A stretch of DNA of 45,600 nucleotides from Ignavibacteria bacterium UBA961 (GTDB lineage Bacteria > Bacteroidota > Ignavibacteria > Kapaibacteriales > UBA961): NCBI GenBank assembly GCA_002293005.1, contig DBCJ01000138.1:1-45600 (forward strand), read 5' to 3'. Shown one piece after another: positions 28,912-36,706 of the stretch. Position 1 is the first letter of the stretch; each line of letters opens with the position of its first letter. The position numbers and the translations under genes were made by a program. The notes beneath the pieces were generated by a model. The model saw only the letters and a program-made list of their open reading frames with translations, was not told the DNA's origin and ran no database searches.

Positions 28912-28939
28912 AGCCCAACCATCGAGGTTGGGCTTTTTT
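28912..28939 (+). terminator. rho-independent terminator after the sigma gene
   Basis: Stem 'agcccaacc' / 'ggttgggct' with loop 'atcga', followed by a T-run. Confidence 0.85.
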
Positions 28940-28985
28940 GTTTCAATGCTTTTGAATTACAATGCATATTGTCGAATTTTACGCC

Positions 28986-29903
28986 ATGAATACATCTACA
29001 ATCTTCGCTTTCTTGCTTTCATTGTTCTTGGGATTTTCGTTTTCTCAATTTCACATGTTTGCAAGTGGTCCAAAAATTCTCATTGTGACTGCACACCCGG
29101 ATGATGAAACTGCATTTGCGGCAACAATATATAAAGTCACTCATGATTTGAATGGATTGGCTGATATTCTGCTTGTCACCAATGGAGAAGGCGGATATAA
29201 ATATTCCACGCTTGCTGAAGATATTTATGGAAGGGAATTGACCGATGAACAATCGGGTCGTAAAGCTCTTCCCACAATTCGAAAGAAAGAATTGATGGCA
29301 GGTGGTGAATATATTGGCTTGCGTGACTATTTTTTTATGGATCAACAAGATACAGGATATACACTCGATGCAGATTCAGTCTTGAATATTGTGTGGGATA
29401 CATCGATTGTCATTCGAAAAATCAAAGAATTGCATGGCAGAAATAATTATGATTATGTGTTTACCTTACTTCCTGTTTCGGGAACGCATGGACATCATAA
29501 AGCCGCATCAATTCTTGCTTTACGGGCAGTGAAATCAATCGCATCGGAAGTTCGACCAATCATTGTTGGATGTAGTGTGACTGATTCAACAAAGTTGATC
29601 CCTGATCCATTTCTTGGCTTGCCTGGATTTCCTGAAACCGCGATGAATACACAATTGGCGATTGGTTCTTTCAATAGACTAACTCCTTTTGGTTTCCAAC
29701 AGAAATTGAATTATCAAATTGTTGTCAATTGGTTGATTGCCGAGCATAAATCTCAAGGTGCTATGCAATTGGCAATGGGAAAAGGACAGTTAGAGCAATT
29801 TTGGGATTATGCCATAAATGGAAATGCAGGTAAAGAAAAGATTCTCAAACTCGCGGAATTATTGAGAAATGCACCGCTCAAAAAGTATCAGCAAAACAAG
29901 TAG
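28986..29903 (+). CDS. PIG-L/LmbE family deacetylase with an N-terminal signal/anchor sequence
   Basis: 'LIVTAHPDDETAF' and 'HGHHKA' motifs. The hydrophobic N-terminus is 'MNTSTIFAFLLSLFLGFSF'. The ORF-track start at 28962 is also possible. Confidence 0.75.
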   Translation: MNTSTIFAFLLSLFLGFSFSQFHMFASGPKILIVTAHPDDETAFAATIYKVTHDLNGLADILLVTNGEGGYKYSTLAEDIYGRELTDEQSGRKALPTIRKKELMAGGEYIGLRDYFFMDQQDTGYTLDADSVLNIVWDTSIVIRKIKELHGRNNYDYVFTLLPVSGTHGHHKAASILALRAVKSIASEVRPIIVGCSVTDSTKLIPDPFLGLPGFPETAMNTQLAIGSFNRLTPFGFQQKLNYQIVVNWLIAEHKSQGAMQLAMGKGQLEQFWDYAINGNAGKEKILKLAELLRNAPLKKYQQNK

Positions 29904-29958
29904 AATGGCTATATCCCTCAATCAAGAATAGAATTTTAAAAAAATAAAAGAACTTATC

Positions 29959-30735
29959 ATGCCCAGATTTAAAATTACATGTGAATATGAAGGAACTCGG
30001 TTTTCGGGCTGGCAGGTTCAAAAAAATGCTCGCACTGTCCAAGGTGAATTGATTGGTGCTGCCAAATCAATATTTAATACCGATGCATTTGAATTATATG
30101 GATCCGGAAGAACAGATGCAGGCGTTCATGCACTTGAACAAATCTTTCATTTGGATGTAGAAACAATGTTGGCACCGCATATCATACAGTTTAAAATGAA
30201 TGATGCCTTGCCTGCAGATATTTCTATTCGATCGGTACAGAAAGTTGCCAAACAGTTTCATGCAAGACATCATGCAATAGAGAGAACATATCTCTATCAG
30301 ATTTCAACACGAAGAACTGCATTTGGGAAAAGATTTGTGTGGTGGGTGAAAGATCAATTGTCGATTGCCACCATGCAAGAGGCCGCAAATCATTTCAAAG
30401 GCATGCATGATTTCCGTTCATTCACCGCGGATGATCCTGATATGAAATCCACAAAAGTGGAAATCACGGATATTAGTGTCAAAATGCAAGGTGACTTAAT
30501 CGTGATCACTATTTCCGGCTCACACTTCCTATGGAATATGATCAGAAGAATGATCGGTATATTGGTTGAAATTGGACGCGGAAAGCAATCACCTGATATC
30601 ATCCCGACATTGCTCAAGAAAAAATCAGACTTGCCGGCATCTTTTACTGCTCCACCTTCAGGACTCTTTCTTGCATCAGTTCGATATGAGAATGATCCGG
30701 CGAAAAAAGTTCAATCAATTTTGAATGTCACATGA
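29959..30735 (+). CDS. truA: tRNA pseudouridine(38-40) synthase
   Basis: 'YEGTRFSGWQVQ' and the catalytic-Asp motif 'GSGRTDAGVHA'. 258 aa. Confidence 0.9.
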   Translation: MPRFKITCEYEGTRFSGWQVQKNARTVQGELIGAAKSIFNTDAFELYGSGRTDAGVHALEQIFHLDVETMLAPHIIQFKMNDALPADISIRSVQKVAKQFHARHHAIERTYLYQISTRRTAFGKRFVWWVKDQLSIATMQEAANHFKGMHDFRSFTADDPDMKSTKVEITDISVKMQGDLIVITISGSHFLWNMIRRMIGILVEIGRGKQSPDIIPTLLKKKSDLPASFTAPPSGLFLASVRYENDPAKKVQSILNVT

Positions 30736-31109
30736 GAATCCTGTTGTTCTTCATCATCGGTATTGCACTGAATTCCTGTTCGGACAATATCATTACTTCT
30801 CCTGATCAAATCGTATTTCCACAGGAAAATGTGAGCTATCAGCAGCAAGTTCGACCACTTCTGGAACTTACTTGTGCATTTTCAGGGTGTCATGATGCTG
30901 AAAGTTCAGCAGCCGGAATTGATGTAACTGGTTATTTTCAATTGACTTCCAGAGCAGGACTCATAATTCCCGGAAGACCTGATAATAGTTTGTTGATACA
31001 AATTCTTGAGGGGAAGCAAGGGCATTTACTCACATTTCAGAATAGAATCACCGATGCACAGAAGAAAGGTGTTCGACAATGGGTTTTGGAAGGGGCATTA
31101 AATAATTAA
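30732..31109 (+). CDS. small lipoprotein with a PSCyt1-like domain carrying CX4CH
   Basis: Lipobox 'ALNSC'. 'VRPLLELTCAFSGCHD...GLIIPGRPDNSLLIQILEG' resembles the planctomycete-cytochrome-c (PSCyt1) pattern as I recall it. ATGA overlap with truA. Confidence 0.5.
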   Translation: MRILLFFIIGIALNSCSDNIITSPDQIVFPQENVSYQQQVRPLLELTCAFSGCHDAESSAAGIDVTGYFQLTSRAGLIIPGRPDNSLLIQILEGKQGHLLTFQNRITDAQKKGVRQWVLEGALNN

Positions 31110-31155
31110 TTATCAATGGCAGAAATAGAGGGAACTAGCCAAGGAAAATATTTGT

Positions 31156-31187
31156 TTTGACAATATGTGTGATAACAAATACTTTTG
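31156..31187 (+). promoter_or_regulatory. promoter-like element upstream of the HmuY-like gene
   Basis: TTTG (31156..31159)-N20-TACTTTTG (31180..31187). The same DNA also reads as TTGACA (31157..31162)-N17-TACTTT. It lies 36 nt upstream of the ATG at 31223. Confidence 0.4.
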
Positions 31188-31222
31188 TGTGTTCTTTTTC
31201 CCACTTTTTCACCCCAAACACC

Positions 31223-31858
31223 ATGATGAAGTCCTTTTTCTTTTCTGCGATTATCGCATTGAGTTTAGTTTCTTGCACCGATGATGATAATGTGGTCACT
31301 CCCGGTGGAGGAGATACTGTCACTACAAAGACAATACTTGGTAAAGTACCCGATACGCTCATTTCCAAGTTTGTGTATTATTCATTCGAAGCCGATAGTT
31401 TTATTCCTGCATCTCAGGCCGAAACTGATGCATGGGATATACGCCTTCCTTATCTTTTTGGTGGTGGAAAAACACGATCAATTGATATCGTATTGAATTC
31501 CGGAACGATCAATGTTCTTGGTAAAACAAAAGGTAAAATCATTGATACCACCTTTGATTTGCTTCAAAGTGCCCCATCTGACGATCAATTGATCGTGGAT
31601 GATACAGCTAATTCCAAGCGAATTATACCAATTGCAATTGATGGAACAGGAATGTTTACATATGAGCCAACATCCAGAACCATCAATCCTGCGCCCCAGA
31701 AGACACTTGTATTGAAGACCAAATCAGGAAAGTATGTCAAATTTCAAGTGACTTCACTTTATAAAGGTCAGCCTGCACCTCCGACCATGATGTCGGAACT
31801 CGGACACTATTCTTTCCGTTATGCGAAAAGTAATAATCGAAATCTTAAAACCAATTGA
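31223..31858 (+). CDS. HmuY-like lipoprotein
   Basis: Lipobox 'SLVSC'. 'YYSFEADSFIP...DAWDIRL' and the C-terminal 'KYVKFQVTSLY...GHYSFRYA' follow the pattern of P. gingivalis HmuY as I recall it ('YFSFSKGEVV...NWDMALHRY', 'AKVQFTDY...ITFTYTY'). Start chosen at MMKSFFF. Confidence 0.5.
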   Translation: MMKSFFFSAIIALSLVSCTDDDNVVTPGGGDTVTTKTILGKVPDTLISKFVYYSFEADSFIPASQAETDAWDIRLPYLFGGGKTRSIDIVLNSGTINVLGKTKGKIIDTTFDLLQSAPSDDQLIVDDTANSKRIIPIAIDGTGMFTYEPTSRTINPAPQKTLVLKTKSGKYVKFQVTSLYKGQPAPPTMMSELGHYSFRYAKSNNRNLKTN

Positions 31859-31867
31859 GTTTGATGC

Positions 31868-31898
31868 TTTGTCATCAGAAGCTCCTTTGGTAAATTTG
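31868..31898 (+). promoter_or_regulatory. promoter-like element upstream of paaA
   Basis: TTTG (31868..31871)-N19-TAAATTTG (31891..31898), ending 18 nt before the ATG at 31917. Confidence 0.4.
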
Positions 31899-31916
31899 CA
31901 TGATTAAAATCGTCCA

Positions 31917-32912
31917 ATGGAGTATACTATGTACGGAAGCGTCAGTATCATTGATATAGAAAACAGTGCCAAAATGCTCGAAGAGGATCCGATCCTTCTC
32001 GCGCGTTTTGAAGAAAAAATCCAAAATGGCGAAAAGATTGAGCCACATGATTGGATGCCGAAGGAATATAGACGACAATTGATTCGCATGATAGAGCAAC
32101 ATGCTCATTCTGAGATCATTGGAGCATTGCCTGAAGGAACATGGATCACTCGTGCTCCCGGTTTCAGACGTAAAATGGCATTAATGGCAAAAGTGCAAGA
32201 TGAAAGCGGTCATGCTCAATTATTGTACAATGCAGCAGAAACATTGGGAAAAACCCGCGAGGAGATGATTAATGATCTCATCATCGGAAAATCAAAATAT
32301 TCCAATGTATTCAATTATCCTGCAAAGACTTGGGCTGATACAGCCGTCATCGCATGGCTTATCGATGCATCGGCAATCATCAATCAAGTGACCAATTCCA
32401 AGGGATCTTATGGTCCATATTGCCGGGCACTAGAGAGAATCTGCATGGAAGAGTCATTCCATCTTCGTTATGGTTATGATAATGTGGTGACACTTGCAAC
32501 GGGCACTCCGAAGCAAAGAGAAATGGTTCAAGAAGCATTGAATCGTTGGTGGCAACCCATCATGCATTTCTTTGGTCCACCGGACAAAGCATCCGTACAC
32601 TCTGAAATCCTCATGCGCTGGAAAGTAAAGATGGCTAGCAATGATGATATGCGTCAACAATTTTTTAATCAATATGTCCCAAAAATTCTGGAATTGGGCT
32701 TAAGCATTCCTGATAAAGGTTTGATTAAGAATAAAGAAACCGGAAAGTGGGATTTTTCCGATCCTGATTGGAATGAATTCTTTGAAGTAATCAAAGGAAA
32801 TGGTCCTTGCAATAAAGAGCGCCTTGCGGTTAGACGCATGGCTGAAGAGCAAGGTGCATGGGTTCGTAGAGCATTGAAAAAAACAAATGCTTATACAGTG
32901 CCACTTTCCTGA
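31917..32912 (+). CDS. paaA: 1,2-phenylacetyl-CoA epoxidase subunit A-like diiron protein
   Basis: Close colinear similarity to my memory of E. coli PaaA: '[40 protein letters not shown]', '[20 protein letters not shown]', '[11 protein letters not shown]' and '[13 protein letters not shown]'. Confidence 0.85.
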   Translation: MEYTMYGSVSIIDIENSAKMLEEDPILLARFEEKIQNGEKIEPHDWMPKEYRRQLIRMIEQHAHSEIIGALPEGTWITRAPGFRRKMALMAKVQDESGHAQLLYNAAETLGKTREEMINDLIIGKSKYSNVFNYPAKTWADTAVIAWLIDASAIINQVTNSKGSYGPYCRALERICMEESFHLRYGYDNVVTLATGTPKQREMVQEALNRWWQPIMHFFGPPDKASVHSEILMRWKVKMASNDDMRQQFFNQYVPKILELGLSIPDKGLIKNKETGKWDFSDPDWNEFFEVIKGNGPCNKERLAVRRMAEEQGAWVRRALKKTNAYTVPLS

Positions 32913-32931
32913 TTCTTCAAAAACATAATTC

Positions 32932-32966
32932 AACCCCTTCTACGGAAACGCGGAAGGGGTTTTTTT
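32932..32966 (+). terminator. strong rho-independent terminator-like hairpin
   Basis: 9-bp stem 'aaccccttc' / 'gaaggggtt' with a 12-nt loop, followed by T7. It ends 4 nt before the first possible receptor start. Confidence 0.8.
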
Positions 32967-32979
32967 ATAGATGATACAC

Positions 32980-35178
32980 ATGAAATATTTCATACTTCTG
33001 TTTTTGATTTCATTCAATGTAATGACATTGCATGCCCTATCAGAAGCGGATTCCATATCGCCAAGATTACCAAAGATTCCCCTTTCGAAAAAACAAAAGA
33101 AGGATTCCGTAAGTACCTACACATCCAAAGAGCAAGTGGTTGTTACGGGTACGAGAAATGAAGTATTGCTCAAAGACTCTCCTGTTCGCGTTGAAGTGAT
33201 AGACAAAAAGCAAACGGTCAGCACAGCCATGGTGAATATCGGAGATTTATTGCGTGAGCAATCGGGGATGATTTTAACAAACAATGTAAGAACCGGCATT
33301 CAAATGATGGGATTAGGCGCGGATTATACCCAGATTTTGATAGATGGTCAGCCCATGATTGGCCGTGTTGCCGGTGTATTGGATCTTTCCAGAGTATCAG
33401 TTGGGAATGTGGAGCGAGTCGAAGTCGTGAAAGGTCCGATGTCATCACTATATGGAAGCGAAGCGCTTGCAGGCGTAATTAATATCATCACAAAAAAACC
33501 GGATGCTGGATTTTCCGGGATGGTATTTGGACAATATTTGGATAGAGGTCCTTCCGAATTGCGTGGAGAAATACAATATGGTTCAAATTCTCTTGATCTC
33601 ACCGGATTTGTCAGCATGAAGAATGCAAGACCATTCACATTGCAACAAGATACATTACGGGTTCCATATCAAGGTTTTTCCGATCAAACCGTGCATTTGA
33701 AATCCAAATGGCATGCTTCGAATTCTGTGCAAGTTGGTGCGGACATGCGATATTTTTCAAGTGAAAGCAGAGGTGCATTCATCGAGTCATTTTTCGGACA
33801 GATTGCATCGAATGAGGGTAGTGTTCGACAAGAGGATTTGCAGGGAACCGGTTATGCTATTTGGACTCATGGTAAGGCAAGACTAAATGCTCAATTGCAT
33901 TATGCTTCCTATAAAGAGCGCTACAATTTTGATACAATTCAAGGTGAAGCAGGTTCCGTGGATGATCTTTCCCGAGGATTGCTTCGTTCATATCTCCAAT
34001 ATGATGTGATATGGAATGAGCGCAATCGCTTCACTTTCGGCATGGAGTATACCATTGATGATATTGGTGGATCGCGTTATCCGGATAATCCATATTTCGC
34101 AACATTCAGTGGATTTGCCCAATGGGAAGGGAATCCAACTTCATGGATTTCATATGCATTGAGTGCGAGATATGTTGATAATTCGGCGTATAAACAGGAT
34201 GGGCTGCAAGAGTCTAATATATTGAGCGCCATAGCCAAATTATCCAATCCAAAATTGGCGGTGAATCTCAAATTGCAAGATGGAATTCGTATTCATACTT
34301 CCATTGGAACAGGTTTCAAAGTGCCGGATTTCAGACAATTATATGTGCAATTTTCGAATCGACTTGGTGGAGCAGGATATGATTTGATAGGAGCTCGAAG
34401 ATTGGGTTTGGATTTGCAGCCTGAGCGCTCCATTTCGATGGATTTGGGAGTGATACTTGATGAATGGTCGACAAATTTCTTATCCGATGATATTCCACTA
34501 CGGGGTTTTGCCGAATGCAGAGTGTTTCATAATACATTGTCCAATCTCATTGAATTCTACTATACCGGCAATAATCCACAAACAAATCAAGCAGTGTATT
34601 CCTATCGTAATATTGCAAGAGCTTCAACACAAGGCTTGGAGATGTCCTTGCGGATGAGTCATCCGATTCCGGGGCATGAATCGGGGGAACTTGGTTATTC
34701 CTTTGGATATCAATATTTGGATACTCGTGATTTGGAAGTGTATGATGCGATTGAGAAAGGGATGGCAGGAACTATTGACCCTTCGACAGGAAGATTCAAT
34801 ACATTGACTGTGAAGAATTATGGTGGATTATGGTTTAGATCTGTTCATTCAGGAACAATGAGATTAAGTTATGAACATAGAAATGCCGGTATATCGGCAT
34901 CGATACGCGCGCAATTCATTGGTAGATTTGGAGATGAGGCATTGGATATAAATGGTCCTGTTCATAATAATCGCAAAGTACCTGATTTGGACGTCGAATA
35001 TGTACCTGCATATACGATCCTGAATCTTGGGTTTTCAAAAGATATTGAGCTCAGCGAACTTTCCGGTTCTTTACGAATCACTTTGGGAGTCAATAATCTT
35101 ATGAATGTCATGAATTTACGCTCAATGCCTAATCTATTGGGAAGGCAATTTTCACTCTCGATGCAGTTCATGTTGTAA
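32980..35178 (+). CDS. TonB-dependent outer-membrane receptor
   Basis: Signal peptide 'MKYFILLFLISFNVMTLHA'. Plug-domain motifs 'DSPVRVEVIDKK' and 'VERVEVVKGPMSSLYGSEALAGVINIITKKP', then a long beta-barrel region. An alternative ATG lies at 32971. Confidence 0.88.
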   Translation: MKYFILLFLISFNVMTLHALSEADSISPRLPKIPLSKKQKKDSVSTYTSKEQVVVTGTRNEVLLKDSPVRVEVIDKKQTVSTAMVNIGDLLREQSGMILTNNVRTGIQMMGLGADYTQILIDGQPMIGRVAGVLDLSRVSVGNVERVEVVKGPMSSLYGSEALAGVINIITKKPDAGFSGMVFGQYLDRGPSELRGEIQYGSNSLDLTGFVSMKNARPFTLQQDTLRVPYQGFSDQTVHLKSKWHASNSVQVGADMRYFSSESRGAFIESFFGQIASNEGSVRQEDLQGTGYAIWTHGKARLNAQLHYASYKERYNFDTIQGEAGSVDDLSRGLLRSYLQYDVIWNERNRFTFGMEYTIDDIGGSRYPDNPYFATFSGFAQWEGNPTSWISYALSARYVDNSAYKQDGLQESNILSAIAKLSNPKLAVNLKLQDGIRIHTSIGTGFKVPDFRQLYVQFSNRLGGAGYDLIGARRLGLDLQPERSISMDLGVILDEWSTNFLSDDIPLRGFAECRVFHNTLSNLIEFYYTGNNPQTNQAVYSYRNIARASTQGLEMSLRMSHPIPGHESGELGYSFGYQYLDTRDLEVYDAIEKGMAGTIDPSTGRFNTLTVKNYGGLWFRSVHSGTMRLSYEHRNAGISASIRAQFIGRFGDEALDINGPVHNNRKVPDLDVEYVPAYTILNLGFSKDIELSELSGSLRITLGVNNLMNVMNLRSMPNLLGRQFSLSMQFML

Positions 35179-35262
35179 TCATGAATAACTTTCGACATAA
35201 TTTCCTAAATTATGTGCGATTTGTTTCGTCATCAGCCGGGATTCACAGTTAAAGGTATAAGA

Positions 35263-35961
35263 ATGAATTCATATTTGGAAGAAGTTAAAGCAACGGCTTT
35301 GGCCGAAGCACAAAAAACCTATATGGTCAAGGTATATGGCTGGATGGTTGGTGGGCTTATGGCAACTGGATTGGTTGGAGGTTTCGTTGCAAGTGATGCA
35401 TCGATGATTCAATCAATGCTAGATTATTTCTGGTTTTTTATAATTGCTGAATTTGCACTGGTTTTTGCTCTCTCTGCATTCATTCATAAGATGAGTGTAC
35501 CGGTGGCAATGTTATCCTTTATAGGATATTCCGTTTTGAATGGCATTACATTATCAGCAGTTTTGCTAGCATATGATGAAGCGGCCGTGATGAATGCATT
35601 TTTGACGACATCAGGCACATTTGCTGCAATGAGTGTATATGGTATGGTCACGAAAAAAGACTTATCCTCTTGGGGATCATTTTTCTTCATGGGACTCATC
35701 GGTATCATCATTGCAAGCATTGTGAACATATTTCTTGCAAGTTCAGCGCTCAGCTTTGCAATTTCATTGATTGGAGTTTTTGTTTTCATAGGTTTGACAG
35801 CCTATGACACGCAAAAAATCAAAGAATCGGCTGAATTGGAATTGCAGGGAAGTGATATGGCAATGAAAGGCGCGATTCTTGGTGCATTGACATTATATCT
35901 TGATTTCATTAATCTCTTTCTCTTCATCTTGCGCCTCTTTGGCGGTAGCAATGATGATTGA
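35263..35961 (+). CDS. Bax inhibitor-1/YccA family membrane protein
   Basis: About 7 hydrophobic helices and the family segment 'GLTAYDTQKIK'. The start at 35263 gives the typical ~232 aa. Confidence 0.85.
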   Translation: MNSYLEEVKATALAEAQKTYMVKVYGWMVGGLMATGLVGGFVASDASMIQSMLDYFWFFIIAEFALVFALSAFIHKMSVPVAMLSFIGYSVLNGITLSAVLLAYDEAAVMNAFLTTSGTFAAMSVYGMVTKKDLSSWGSFFFMGLIGIIIASIVNIFLASSALSFAISLIGVFVFIGLTAYDTQKIKESAELELQGSDMAMKGAILGALTLYLDFINLFLFILRLFGGSNDD

Positions 35962-35983
35962 TGATTATTTGGCTTTCTATCCG

Positions 35984-36011
35984 GGCAGAAGTGAAGACTT
36001 CTGCCTTTTTT
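35984..36011 (+). terminator. rho-independent terminator
   Basis: Stem 'ggcagaagt' / 'acttctgcc' with loop 'gaag', followed by T6. Confidence 0.85.
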
Positions 36012-36015
36012 GCTT

Positions 36016-36696
36016 ATGAGCTCATTTACGGATTATACAGAACAACGATTGATATATGCTCGGGATTTATTGAAATCCGGTGATATACAAAGGGCATTGT
36101 CAATTTGTGAGCAATTGTTGTCACCTGCATCTATCTTTTCACATGGGAAAGAAATCTTTTTGATCATTTCCGATGCAATTGAAAAAGCAGGAGATTTCGA
36201 TAAGGCAACATTGATCAGGAAGCGAGCCGATGAGTTATTTCCCGATTCAAGTGATTTTTCAATTGCAATTCTTCGGTCTCCGGAAATTGTCATTGATTCC
36301 ATTTTGCCTTTTCTGCATTTCAAAGATGATGTTTTGCCCGAGCAGATAGAATATGATGAGATCAATGTAGATTTTCCATCATTCACATTGAAGGAATATC
36401 CCAAACAGCAGATTGAGATTATACGATCTGAAGAATCTCAGCAAACATTGTCTGCTCTGGAGGAATTGGCTCAAAGACTGGAGAAAGCAAGGATTCCCGC
36501 CATAGAAGAAGAAAAAACCATTTCAACTCCTTCATTCATGCCTTCAATTGTTACGGAAACAATGGCCAATATTTATGTGCAGCAAGGTGCTTTTTCACAA
36601 GCGATTAAGGCATATCAAGTATTGGCTCGAAATCAACCTGAACGATTGGATCATTTTGAAGCAATCATCGCTGACTTAAGACTTCGTCAATCATAA
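36016..36696 (+). CDS. conserved hypothetical protein with a C-terminal TPR-like motif
   Basis: The C-terminus 'TETMANIYVQQGAFSQAIKAYQVLARNQPERLDHFEAIIADLR' resembles a family common in FCB-group genomes (from memory). ATG at 36016 is preferred over TTG at 36010, which lies inside the terminator T-run. Confidence 0.5.
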   Translation: MSSFTDYTEQRLIYARDLLKSGDIQRALSICEQLLSPASIFSHGKEIFLIISDAIEKAGDFDKATLIRKRADELFPDSSDFSIAILRSPEIVIDSILPFLHFKDDVLPEQIEYDEINVDFPSFTLKEYPKQQIEIIRSEESQQTLSALEELAQRLEKARIPAIEEEKTISTPSFMPSIVTETMANIYVQQGAFSQAIKAYQVLARNQPERLDHFEAIIADLRLRQS

Positions 36697-36706
36697 TCTT
36701 ATTACC

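Noticed and set aside
31157-31187. Fur box upstream of the HmuY-like gene.
   Set aside because: Only a 'GATAAC' fragment resembles the GATAATGATAATCATTATC consensus. The inverted repeat is reported on its own merits without naming Fur.
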